Virus record (IMG/VR): IMGVR_UViG_3300031949_000026
Direction: 5' to 3' (one strand)
DNA: 64,000 nt
DNA from: an uncultured virus (IMG/VR IMGVR_UViG_3300031949_000026)
Lineage: Duplodnaviria; Heunggongvirae; Uroviricota; Caudoviricetes
Within the stretch, counting starts at the first letter, position 1, and each line of letters begins with the position of its first letter. The translations under genes were made by a program, and so were the position numbers. The notes beneath the pieces are model-generated. The model saw only the letters and a program-made list of their open reading frames with translations, was not told the origin of the DNA and did no database searches. Positions 8,836 through 17,749 of this stretch are shown piece by piece.

Positions 8836-10565
8836 TCGTCGTCACGTTCAAGGTGAAGGGCCTGAGCAGGCCCGTCGTGATCTGCGGCCGAGATCGCGAT
8901 GTGTCCAGGATCGGAATCGTGGCGGTGGAGAAGCGCACCTCGTCCGTCGCGGATGCCCTCCTCCCCGTCATGGATCGGTGCCGGAGCAGTCGGGAGTTCC
9001 TCTTTGTCGAGCCCGGCGCGACCCTCCATGTTCCGCTGCGGCTTTTCGAGACGGGCGGATTCGACGTGGCCGCCTACGTCGAGCGCCTCGGCCCGCCTGC
9101 GAAGCAGGGACCCTTCGACGGGATCGGCCGGATCGACTTGAAGACGCTCTTCTTCCGGAATTCCGAGTCTGCCCGCCGGGTCATCGCCCGCTGGATGGAG
9201 CGGAGCCGGGTCCACGGGAAGCCGGATGCGGAGAGTCTCCTGATCGCGCTTTCGGAGATCAAAGACGCGGGCTTTCTCCACCTCCCTCCGGAGTATTGCT
9301 GGATCGAAGCATCCATGCGCGCGTTCCATCCGGCCGCCGAGCCGAAGATCCAGCATGGGATTCGGGAAGCTCCACGGACCCCGGCGGCCGTCAAGACCGC
9401 CCCTCCGAAAAAACACGATTCGCCCGCGGCGCTTCGCGGCCGGTCCCCGGAGGTTCTTTGGGCCGGGCACCTCTACGACTATTCCGGGTACGGGAAGATC
9501 AACCGGGAGGCTCTCTTCCGGGTCGCAAACACGCTCGCGGTCCGGCTCGACACGACCCACCAAGAGCCTGTTGCGGTGGACGAGTACACGCGCTCGCGTC
9601 TTGATGCTTTCAAGGAGACGCTGATCGGTCCTCGTGCGCCGCTCTTGCGGTTCTTCGGGCCGGACTTCACGACGGGAAAGGCCCGGCACCGGATCGTCTG
9701 GACGATGATGGAGACCTACAAAGCCCATCCCGACATGGTGCGTCGGATCAACGAGGATTTCGACGAACTCTGGACGCCGACCGAATGGAACCGGAAGGTT
9801 TTTGTGGACTCTGGAGTTAAGGTCTTGACCCGAACCGTCCCGCTCGGCGTGAACCCCCTCATCTATCGTCTTCAGAAGCGGGTGAAGCTTCCGATCTGCC
9901 GCCTGCTTTCAACCTCGAAGGCGGGGCTCGTCGGGGTTCCGGAGGGCTTCATCTTTTTATCGCTCGGATTGCCTTCCTTTCGGAAGGGTTTCGACGCGAT
10001 CGCGGACGCGATGGAGAAGGCTTTCCCCAGGAAGCCCGACGTCCACTTCGTCATCGCGCTCACGCATTCCCTTCCGGACTGGAACCGGCAGGTCTACCGG
10101 CAGTTCGCCCGCTACAAGTCCCGCATTTGGGCGCTCGAAGGCCGCTTCGACGAACACGCGCTCGCCAAGGTCTACGCCGGAGCCGACTGCTACGTCTCGG
10201 CTTCCCGCGGGGAGGGCTGGAACCTGCCGATCTGCGAGGCGGCGGCCTGCGGGCTCCCGGTCATCTGCCCGGACAACACCTCCCACCCGGAGGTCGTCGG
10301 CGGGAATGCTTTCACGTTCTGGACCGATCCGCCCGCGCGCTGTCCGGAAGTCGAGGCCGTTTCCGGCTGGTACGAGGGGATGCCGTTCTCGGTCGTCGGA
10401 AAGAGATCCGTCCGGGAACTCTCGGACCTCATGGGGCTCGTCCACTTCGGAGGCTCCGGCGTTCACGCGAAGGCTGCCGCGCTCCGAAATCGGATGTTGA
10501 AGGAGTGGACCTGGGAAAAGGCTGCGGGGATCGCGGCTTCCCGATTGATGGAGGTTCAGCCGTGA
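8832..10565 (+). CDS. glycosyltransferase (degenerate GT-A-like N-terminus + GT4/GT-B C-terminus)
   Basis: LPPEYCWI; SGYGK; RKGFD; YVSASRGEGWNLPICEAAACGLPVI. Confidence 0.85.
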   Translation: MIVVTFKVKGLSRPVVICGRDRDVSRIGIVAVEKRTSSVADALLPVMDRCRSSREFLFVEPGATLHVPLRLFETGGFDVAAYVERLGPPAKQGPFDGIGRIDLKTLFFRNSESARRVIARWMERSRVHGKPDAESLLIALSEIKDAGFLHLPPEYCWIEASMRAFHPAAEPKIQHGIREAPRTPAAVKTAPPKKHDSPAALRGRSPEVLWAGHLYDYSGYGKINREALFRVANTLAVRLDTTHQEPVAVDEYTRSRLDAFKETLIGPRAPLLRFFGPDFTTGKARHRIVWTMMETYKAHPDMVRRINEDFDELWTPTEWNRKVFVDSGVKVLTRTVPLGVNPLIYRLQKRVKLPICRLLSTSKAGLVGVPEGFIFLSLGLPSFRKGFDAIADAMEKAFPRKPDVHFVIALTHSLPDWNRQVYRQFARYKSRIWALEGRFDEHALAKVYAGADCYVSASRGEGWNLPICEAAACGLPVICPDNTSHPEVVGGNAFTFWTDPPARCPEVEAVSGWYEGMPFSVVGKRSVRELSDLMGLVHFGGSGVHAKAAALRNRMLKEWTWEKAAGIAASRLMEVQP

Positions 10566-11416
10566 GGGGGAACATTCGGAAGCTCATCGAGTCCGCGGGC
10601 GTCTACGCGGAGTATGTTGGCGGTCTCGGAGACGCGATTCTTCGGATGTACTTCTCCGGGAAGGCATGGTACGAGCAGCTTGAGACCCTCTCGCCGCGCG
10701 AGCGCGGGGTCGTCGTGCTCATGTCCCATAGTCCGTATCTCAAAGAAGTTTTTCGATGGCATCCGAAACGGAAACGGATTCATGTTCTGGACCTCGGGTT
10801 CACGACGGACTTTCATCCGTGGGAGAACCGGGAATGGCGGCTCGCGCACGGCCTCCCCGAGGCGGCCCCGTGCCCGCCCTACGCGCCGTCCCGGACGCTC
10901 ACCTTTTATCCGAGCCCTTCCGACAAGGCGCTGCTCCGGCGCGCACGTCGTCGCGGTCCCTACATCGTGCTCGCCGCCGTCGCCGGGAAGCCGGAAAAGA
11001 CGATCCCTCCGCACATCTGCGAAGAGATCGTCTGGAGCACCTCCCTGTCCGGCCACAGAGTCATCACGGTGGGCCGCAGCCGGTACTTCCGGCGGGAGGA
11101 TCTCGTCTGGAGCAAGAATCCCCGTTTCCGCGATCTCATCGAAACGGTCGATCGGCTGTCCGTCCCCGGCATGATGGAACTCGTGAAGGGAGCGGCCGGG
11201 GTCGTCTCGGCCGACACGTCGGTCCTGCACGCGGCATGGCAGGAGCACAAGCCGGTCTTCCTACTTTATAATCGCTGGACCGCGGAGAACCTCGTCCCGC
11301 GCGGGCCGGTCGGCTACATGCAGGGGATCGACCGCGGGGAGACGGACCACATGGAGTTCTCGAACTACACGAACGATCGGCTCCGGCGCTGGCTGTCGAA
11401 CAGGATCACGACATGA
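10562..11416 (+). CDS. GT9-like glycosyltransferase
   Basis: GGLGDAI at N-terminus; VVSADTSVLHAA...PVFLL. Confidence 0.7.
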   Translation: MRGNIRKLIESAGVYAEYVGGLGDAILRMYFSGKAWYEQLETLSPRERGVVVLMSHSPYLKEVFRWHPKRKRIHVLDLGFTTDFHPWENREWRLAHGLPEAAPCPPYAPSRTLTFYPSPSDKALLRRARRRGPYIVLAAVAGKPEKTIPPHICEEIVWSTSLSGHRVITVGRSRYFRREDLVWSKNPRFRDLIETVDRLSVPGMMELVKGAAGVVSADTSVLHAAWQEHKPVFLLYNRWTAENLVPRGPVGYMQGIDRGETDHMEFSNYTNDRLRRWLSNRITT

Positions 11417-12045
11417 AGGCGCTCGTCGCGATTCCTACGATCACCCGAGCGGACCTGCTGGTCAGGAACAAGAGCTTCCTGGAGACGCTCCAGTCGCCCG
11501 ACGTGGCGCTCATCATCGACAACGGGAACCAGGAGATCGGCGTCGAAGCCCGGATCGAGCGGCCGGGCCGGAACCTCGGGGTTGCCGGGTCCTGGAACCG
11601 AGCCCTCCGTGCCGCCTTCAAGGAGGACAGGTTCGATCTCCTCGTCCTCCTCCAGGACGATATTATCTGGGATGCCGCCCGGCTCGATGCTGCGAAGCGG
11701 CTTCTGGTCGAGCATCCGGACGTGGACCTCCTTCTCTCGCCGTTTCAGTTCTCCGTCCAGGTCCACCGGCCGGGGAACGTTCGAACGATCGGCTTCTACG
11801 ACGAGCGGTACTACCCGGCGTGGTGCGAGGACGACGACTACGCGCTTACCATGATCGAGCGCGGGCGCATCTACGAACGTTTCGTCGCGCTCGACCCCCT
11901 TTCGGGGAGCATCGCGAACGGGACCCAGAAGAGCGTTCCCTGGCCCGAGCAGAAGAAGAAGCTTCTGGAGAAGTGGGGTCGGGATTTCGGAGTCAACGAT
12001 CCGTCCGCGCCGTACTACTGGACGAATCGAGGGTTTTCCCTGTGA
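11413..12045 (+). CDS. GT2-family glycosyltransferase
   Basis: IIDNG, NLGVAGSWN, LLQDD, GFYDERYYPAWCEDDDY. Confidence 0.85.
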   Translation: MKALVAIPTITRADLLVRNKSFLETLQSPDVALIIDNGNQEIGVEARIERPGRNLGVAGSWNRALRAAFKEDRFDLLVLLQDDIIWDAARLDAAKRLLVEHPDVDLLLSPFQFSVQVHRPGNVRTIGFYDERYYPAWCEDDDYALTMIERGRIYERFVALDPLSGSIANGTQKSVPWPEQKKKLLEKWGRDFGVNDPSAPYYWTNRGFSL

Positions 12046-12067
12046 GGGTATGTCGATGGGGTGATGC

Positions 12068-12826
12068 ATGGGAAAAATAACCTTCTTCACGGTCTGCGGA
12101 GGAGGAGAGGAGTACGAGTTTCTGCTTGGCTCGATCGGGCACCACGCCGCGATCGGGAACCATGTCGTGCTTGACGTATCACCGGAGCCCCAGAGATTCC
12201 GCGGGCTCCCCGGGACCGTCCAATGGGTTCCCGCGCAGGACCCCGGAGCATACGAGTCCGGAGACTGGAGGAAGTTTCGGCTCGCCTCTGCCCTTGAGCA
12301 CGCGCGGTTCCTCGCGCTCAACAGGTTTCCGGACAGTCAGTTTCTTGTCCACCTCGACTCCGACGAATACTACGACGTGGAGCGTCTGCTTCCGCTCCTC
12401 ACCCGGTACGAGCGGCCTCCGATCGAGACGCCGCGGGTCTTCGTCTTTTCGACGATCCATTGGCGGGACGGCCGTGCGCTTCGTTTCGGTCCGAGCGAGC
12501 GGCATCTGCGGGCCTGGGACGTGCGGGCGGGCGTCAAGGTGAAGCGGAACCTGTCCTGGCCGGTCTCGCCGCATTACAACGGGAATCCGGAGCACCACCC
12601 GATCCTCTCGCCGGAGGGGAACATCCAGATCGTGAACGTCCAGGAGCCGGTCCATTATCACGTCCACTACGCGGTCGGCCGGAAACGGTTCTTCACCGAG
12701 ACCGCGGAGGCGACGATCGACGGCTGGCCGAACGGGACGCCGGTCGCGGACCCCTGCCCCTGGCCGGAGCCGCTCCAGCGGTGGGTCGAAGCCGGAGAGC
12801 TTCCTTCCGTTCGCTTTTTATATTGA
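12068..12826 (+). CDS. GT-A-fold glycosyltransferase-like protein
   Basis: LVHLDSDEYY DxD motif; last gene of the GT cluster. Confidence 0.6.
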   Translation: MGKITFFTVCGGGEEYEFLLGSIGHHAAIGNHVVLDVSPEPQRFRGLPGTVQWVPAQDPGAYESGDWRKFRLASALEHARFLALNRFPDSQFLVHLDSDEYYDVERLLPLLTRYERPPIETPRVFVFSTIHWRDGRALRFGPSERHLRAWDVRAGVKVKRNLSWPVSPHYNGNPEHHPILSPEGNIQIVNVQEPVHYHVHYAVGRKRFFTETAEATIDGWPNGTPVADPCPWPEPLQRWVEAGELPSVRFLY

Positions 12827-12850
12827 CAAAAGCGGGGATAGGTTTACTAT
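12823..12850 (+). promoter_or_regulatory. sigma70-type promoter
   Basis: TTGACA(12823-12828)-16 nt-TACTAT(12845-12850); ATG follows at 12860. Confidence 0.65.
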
Positions 12851-12859
12851 CATCATAGT

Positions 12860-13042
12860 ATGAAGAGGATTTCAGTCCCGGTGTGGAAGTGCCAGAAGTG
12901 CCTCCACGAGTGGGTCTCCCGGAAGAAGAACGGGAAACCCGCGGAGTGCCCGAACTGCAAACGCCGCGATTGGAACAAGCGGAATCTCGCGGGGTCAAAG
13001 AGGGTCACGGTCAAAGTTCCGCCGCTTTACCGCCGAAATTAG
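12860..13042 (+). CDS. small zinc-ribbon protein
   Basis: CQKCLHEW...PAECPNCK..DW. Confidence 0.7.
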   Translation: MKRISVPVWKCQKCLHEWVSRKKNGKPAECPNCKRRDWNKRNLAGSKRVTVKVPPLYRRN

Positions 13043-13051
13043 GAGGCCGCC

Positions 13052-13852
13052 ATGAAGACGCTTGTCGCGCTCGTCGTCCTGCTCATCCCGTTCCCGCTCC
13101 TGGGGGACGAGATCGTGCTCAAGGACGGCCGCCGGATCGAGTGGAAGTCCCTGGAGGATGTCGGGGAGACCTATACGATCGTCACTCCCGAAGGCGGAAG
13201 GGTCGTCGTCAAGCGGTCCGAGGTCGAGTCCTTCGCGAAGACCGAGCCGTCCGTTCCTCTCGCCGGAGCGACCATGACCTTCGACAAGAAGGCGAAGGTC
13301 GAGTCCGTGGATCTTCTCAAGCGGATCGAGACGGAGAAGGACTTCCTCTCCGGGAACTGGAAGTTTCAGTCGGGTGTGCTCGTAGGCTCTTCACCGGCCG
13401 ATGGCGTGGCGATCGGCCGGGTCCAGGTCCGCTACGTCCCGCCGGTCGAGGAGTACAACCTGACGGTCGTCGTCGAGCGGACGGAGGGAGCCGACAACAT
13501 CGGCTTCGGTCTTGTTGCCGGAGCCGGTCGCTTCATGTACCATTTCGACGTAGACGGCGGCGTGTACCACGGCATCCTCGCGCCGGATGGCGCAGGCGGG
13601 CACCGGAAGGCGTCTTCGACGCCGGGGAAGCTCCTCCAGGCCGGGAAGCAGAAGACGATTGTCTTCATGGTCCGGCGGGCCGGGCTCGTCGTCCAGGTGG
13701 ACGGGAAGGACGTCTGCACGACCCGGCAGGACTGGGCGAAGCTCGCGATCCTCTCCCAATGCGCCCCCACGGATCGGGACTCGTTCGTGGTGTCCTCGCT
13801 CAAGTCGAGCGTCCGCGTGTCGAAGATGTTCGTGACGTTCCCTTCCAAGTAG
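13052..13852 (+). CDS. secreted beta-sandwich protein (DUF1080/lectin-like)
   Basis: signal peptide, then DEIVLKDGRRIE; VDLLK...GNWKF...EEYNLTVVVER. Confidence 0.6.
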   Translation: MKTLVALVVLLIPFPLLGDEIVLKDGRRIEWKSLEDVGETYTIVTPEGGRVVVKRSEVESFAKTEPSVPLAGATMTFDKKAKVESVDLLKRIETEKDFLSGNWKFQSGVLVGSSPADGVAIGRVQVRYVPPVEEYNLTVVVERTEGADNIGFGLVAGAGRFMYHFDVDGGVYHGILAPDGAGGHRKASSTPGKLLQAGKQKTIVFMVRRAGLVVQVDGKDVCTTRQDWAKLAILSQCAPTDRDSFVVSSLKSSVRVSKMFVTFPSK

Positions 13853-13863
13853 ACGGAGAGCCA

Positions 13864-14187
13864 ATGCCGCAGAAAAAGGAAAAGCCGGGGATCATCCGGC
13901 CGTTCGTCGTCTCGCCCATGCCGGTGCCGCATGACCCGCGCGCCGCGCTCATCCGCGAGGCCGGGCGTCATACGGCGAACGTCTTGCAGGCGGCTTACGG
14001 AACGATGATCTGGGACAGCTTCGCGGCGCACGCGCTCCAGGGCATCCTTGCGGCCGGGGTCAAGGGCGACATGGACAGGATCGCCAAGGACGCGGCGCTT
14101 GCGGCCGACGCGATGATGGAGGAGCGTCAACGCCGCGTCGAGAACGGGCGGCTCCGCGCCCGGAAAACGAGGGGAGGAAAGAGGTGA
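13864..14187 (+). CDS. hypothetical phage protein
   Basis: DSFAAHALQGILA...ADAMMEER motif typical of small phage proteins. Confidence 0.6.
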   Translation: MPQKKEKPGIIRPFVVSPMPVPHDPRAALIREAGRHTANVLQAAYGTMIWDSFAAHALQGILAAGVKGDMDRIAKDAALAADAMMEERQRRVENGRLRARKTRGGKR

Positions 14188-14450
14188 ACACGTTCCTAGC
14201 CGTGACGGTCGCCTGGAGCTTCGCGTTCGCGCTCTTCGTCCTCCACCGGCTCTTCCGGTGCAAGCACGATTGGGAGCCGCTCGTCGAGCGCGAGCTTCCG
14301 TCGAAGGCGGAAATCCTCAAGCAGGCGGGGCAGGATATGGCGTCCTGGGTCCACTATAAGCCGATGCTCGAAGCAGCCTCGAAGGTTTTCTTTGCGATCA
14401 TCGGTTGCAAGAAGTGTGGAGCCACGAGGGAGTTCCGGCAGGAGACCTAG
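14184..14450 (+). CDS. small membrane protein with Cys/His motif
   Basis: N-terminal TM; CKHDW...CKKCG. Confidence 0.6.
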   Translation: MNTFLAVTVAWSFAFALFVLHRLFRCKHDWEPLVERELPSKAEILKQAGQDMASWVHYKPMLEAASKVFFAIIGCKKCGATREFRQET

Positions 14451-14768
14451 ATGACCCAGAAGAAGAAGTCCCGGCCGAAGAAAAAGCCCGACGTCGAGGT
14501 CCAGGAGTGGATCATCTCCCGGAATCAGGCGAACCCGGCCGCGACGATGAAGGCGGCGGCGCACCACATCCAGGTCGCGTCGAAGGACACGCTTTCGGGC
14601 TTCGTCGTCGTCCCGGACATGATCCAGGTCGCGGGCGTCCTTCTCATTCATCGCGGGAAGACGCCAACGGGCCTCGATTATTTTTCACTCAACCTCGGGA
14701 ACGCGGTGACGTTCTCGCTCGTCGGCAGGATCGAGTACCGGGGGGATTGGGCCGGGATTCCGGCTTGA
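14451..14768 (+). CDS. hypothetical protein
   Basis: abuts previous stop; AGGAG RBS. Confidence 0.55.
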   Translation: MTQKKKSRPKKKPDVEVQEWIISRNQANPAATMKAAAHHIQVASKDTLSGFVVVPDMIQVAGVLLIHRGKTPTGLDYFSLNLGNAVTFSLVGRIEYRGDWAGIPA

Positions 14769-14894
14769 GCTAGATAAATATCCGGAGCCCCGGGGCACAG
14801 TCGTAAGGCTGGCGTCCCCGGGTGCTCCGGACGCGCGCATAACGAAGACGGAAAAACAAAAAGCCGGAAAGCCAGGAAGAGAGAAGGAGAAGAC

Positions 14895-15533
14895 ATGGGA
14901 CTCACGTCGGAACAGGCCAAGATGCTCAACCTGGAGTCGATCATCGACGCCTTGAAGGGAAAACTCATCGAGACCGAAAAGGACCTCAGAAGCCTCCAGG
15001 TCGCCCACAGCTTGAAGGGGCAGAAGATGATCTCCCTCGAAGCCGAGATCGTTCGCCTGCGGATGCTCCGGACCGACGAGCAGCTTCGCGCCGAGGTGGA
15101 CGGGCTCCGCTGCGCCGTCTCGAAGAAGGATCAGGAAGTCTCCCGGCTTTCCCAGGAGATTTCCAAGATGCAGGGCCGGGAAAAGGACCTGCTATCCAAG
15201 GCGAGAGAAGCCGAGCGTCGTAGCGGCGAGATCGAAACCCGGCTGGAGGCGTTTAAGGAGACTTGCGCCGTCATGGAGCGGAATCGGGACGTGGCGAACG
15301 CCGTCGCGTCCGAGGAGAAGAAGGCCGCCGCCACGTCGAAGGCCGAGGCGGAGAAGGCCAAGGAACAGGTTCGCGAGGCCCTCGCGACGAGTGTGCTTGC
15401 GTCCAGGATCGTCTCGTCGGCCGAGCGGGTGATCGCGCTGCTCCCCTCCGGTGTCCGCGGGCTCAAGGAGGTGCAGGGGTTTGCGGCTCTTCTTCCGAAA
15501 AAGAAGAAGCTCGAAAAGGGGGATGGGAAGTGA
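14895..15533 (+). CDS. coiled-coil protein
   Basis: heptad-rich; AAGGAG RBS. Confidence 0.65.
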   Translation: MGLTSEQAKMLNLESIIDALKGKLIETEKDLRSLQVAHSLKGQKMISLEAEIVRLRMLRTDEQLRAEVDGLRCAVSKKDQEVSRLSQEISKMQGREKDLLSKAREAERRSGEIETRLEAFKETCAVMERNRDVANAVASEEKKAAATSKAEAEKAKEQVREALATSVLASRIVSSAERVIALLPSGVRGLKEVQGFAALLPKKKKLEKGDGK

Positions 15534-15889
15534 AGCTCTCCGAACTCCGCCCTTGCGTCTCGTGTGGCAAGCCCCTGGTCGGCCAGGGGAAGCCGCCGGT
15601 CTTCTACGTCCTGCGGGTGAGTCTTGCGATGGTGGACCCGGAGGCGGCCTCCGGCGTCCTGGGCCTCACCCAGATCATGAGCGCCGGTCGGCCGCCCTCG
15701 CCTGCGGCGCTCCACATCGCGGAGGCGCTCGCGCCGGACGCCGAGGGCTTCGTCAGGATCATGGGTGACGAGTCTCCGGATCTCATGACGCATCTGGTCG
15801 TCTGCCAGGACTGTTTCCTCATGAAGGGCGAGATCGCGATGTGGGTCGAGAAGGAGAACGGAAGGGAGGCGAAGAGAAATGGATCGTGA
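15530..15889 (+). CDS. zinc-binding hypothetical protein
   Basis: CVSC...CQDC; GTGA coupling. Confidence 0.55.
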   Translation: MKLSELRPCVSCGKPLVGQGKPPVFYVLRVSLAMVDPEAASGVLGLTQIMSAGRPPSPAALHIAEALAPDAEGFVRIMGDESPDLMTHLVVCQDCFLMKGEIAMWVEKENGREAKRNGS

Positions 15890-16520
15890 CATGAAGTGGT
15901 ACACGGACGTTTTTCCGGACCTCTGCAAGGTCTACCCGAAGAAGCGGATCTCGATCGGCTCCGCCGCCGTCGAGCATTTCAAGATCGACCGGCACGGAGC
16001 AACGATGTGGCTCATCCAGCATCGTGAGCGTGTCTTCGAGGGAAGCTATGTTCGACTCACGATTAACAATGAGACCGTGATGAGCGACACCTATATGGAG
16101 CGAGCGTCGAACCTCGGCTTCGCGCGCCGGGCCAACGGCCGTGTTCTCGTCGCCGGACTCGGCCTCGGGATGGTTCTCTTTCCGCTTATGAAGAAGAAGG
16201 AGGTCTCCGAGGTCGATGTCCTGGAGTCGAACATGGATGTGATCCGGCTCGTCGGTCCCTACGTCCAACACAAGAAGATCCATATCCTCCATGAGGACAC
16301 GCTGGAATTTAAGCCGCCGCGTTCGACGAAGTGGGACACGATCTGGTTCGACATCTGGCCCGGCCGATCCACCGACAATTTGAAAGACGTCGCGAAACTC
16401 CACCATCGGTTCAAGTACCACGTCAACCGAGCGAACCCTGCCGCGTCGATGGACTCGTGGTACGCGCGCCAGCTTCGGGCGGAGCGGAAGTCGGAGATGG
16501 CGAGGGGAGGGCTCTGGTAA
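15879..16520 (+). CDS. class I SAM-dependent methyltransferase / spermidine-synthase-like protein
   Basis: RVLVAGLGLGM, VDVLE, WDTIWFDIW. Confidence 0.8.
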   Translation: MDRDMKWYTDVFPDLCKVYPKKRISIGSAAVEHFKIDRHGATMWLIQHRERVFEGSYVRLTINNETVMSDTYMERASNLGFARRANGRVLVAGLGLGMVLFPLMKKKEVSEVDVLESNMDVIRLVGPYVQHKKIHILHEDTLEFKPPRSTKWDTIWFDIWPGRSTDNLKDVAKLHHRFKYHVNRANPAASMDSWYARQLRAERKSEMARGGLW

Positions 16521-16744
16521 TGCCTACACCACTGACGAATCGAAAGGGCAAGGCTTGGCTCGACGTGAAGAAGGTCGGGACCGGTGAGGTCGTTCACACG
16601 GTCCCGACCGAAGCATACAAGGCCGATCGCGTCTGCGCCGGGATGCTCATCAACATGGACCGCGAGAACTACTTTGTGGACGAGCGGTACGAGTTCCCCG
16701 AGGTCGGGGAGAAGGACGAGGGCGGCGAGGTCCGCAAGAAGTGA
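16520..16744 (+). CDS. small hypothetical protein
   Basis: TAATG coupling. Confidence 0.55.
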   Translation: MPTPLTNRKGKAWLDVKKVGTGEVVHTVPTEAYKADRVCAGMLINMDRENYFVDERYEFPEVGEKDEGGEVRKK

Positions 16745-16751
16745 TCCACAA

Positions 16752-16821
16752 GGGCCTGCCTTGGGAGGAACCGGATGGATTTGGACCTTCCGGTCTGAGG
16801 GTTCAATCCCCTCCAGGTCCA
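16752..16821 (+). tRNA. atypical tRNA-Gln(UUG)-like gene
   Basis: acceptor GGGCCTG/CAGGTCC; T-arm GAGGG-TTCAATC-CCCTC; anticodon loop ATTTGGA; short or degenerate D-arm; no encoded CCA. Confidence 0.6.
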
Positions 16822-16838
16822 CTACAAAGGAGGCGGTC

Positions 16839-17174
16839 GTGAATCTGGGGATCGCGCTCGGAGTCGCGGGGCTTGTCTTTGCCGTAGGTCTCGTCGTAAC
16901 GATCATCCGGGAATCCGCGCGAACGAATCCGTGTTTCTGGGGCCACGAGAAGAAGTACGTCTCGATGCGGGACCTCATCTCCTGCGGGCATTACGTCCAT
17001 TGGACTCGGAGCCAAAGCCACTTGCAGGACGCCCGGTGGGTCTGTGAAAAATGTCCGGTGATGGGCGAGGAGTGTATCGACCTTCCCGGTGTCTGGATGG
17101 TGGAACACGGGAAGCTCGTCCGTGACGAGAAGCGATGGGCCTCGTGGAAAGATCGGATGGATATTAGGAGGTAG
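16839..17174 (+). CDS. membrane-anchored hypothetical protein
   Basis: AGGAGG RBS; N-terminal TM; CFWGH...CEKC. Confidence 0.55.
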   Translation: MNLGIALGVAGLVFAVGLVVTIIRESARTNPCFWGHEKKYVSMRDLISCGHYVHWTRSQSHLQDARWVCEKCPVMGEECIDLPGVWMVEHGKLVRDEKRWASWKDRMDIRR

Positions 17175-17207
17175 AATCCTCTCGAAAGTCGAAAGAGAGG
17201 TGAGCTT

Positions 17208-17744
17208 ATGCCGACCTGGAACTACTCCGAGTCCTGGATGTGGTACGTCGCCTGGAACGCGATCGCGTTCGGGGCCTCCTTCATTCCCCACTCGTTCGTC
17301 GAGTGGCTCGCGCATCGCTTCGTCCTTCACTCGAAGGCGATCGTCTCCTTCGCTTACGAGGAGCACGATCGGCGGCATCACGTCGAGTACGGGCCGGACC
17401 ACACCTTCCACGTCCAGGACGGGAAACCCGCCTACGGGACGGACTTCACGCTTCGGGATTTCGCGCTCTTCCTCGCGGTGATGCTGCCCTTCTGGGTCGG
17501 CGTCGAGTTCGCGATGAAACGGCCGGTCGTGATCGGCGGGCTCGTGTCGGTTCTGCTCTGGCTCAACATGTTCAACTACCTCCACCGGCTCTACCACGAG
17601 CCCAAAGGCGGTTGGATCGAGCGGACATGGTACTTCGGCTACTTGAAGCGCCACCACCGCGGGCACCACGCGGTTCCGTCCAGGAATCTCAATGTGAGTT
17701 TTTTCCCGATCGCGGACTGGATGCTGAGGACGCTCCGGCGGTGA
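17208..17744 (+). CDS. fatty acid hydroxylase / sterol desaturase family membrane protein
   Basis: His boxes HRFVLH, HDRRHH, HRLYH, HHRGHH with TM segments. Confidence 0.85.
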   Translation: MPTWNYSESWMWYVAWNAIAFGASFIPHSFVEWLAHRFVLHSKAIVSFAYEEHDRRHHVEYGPDHTFHVQDGKPAYGTDFTLRDFALFLAVMLPFWVGVEFAMKRPVVIGGLVSVLLWLNMFNYLHRLYHEPKGGWIERTWYFGYLKRHHRGHHAVPSRNLNVSFFPIADWMLRTLRR

Positions 17745-17749
17745 AGGCC

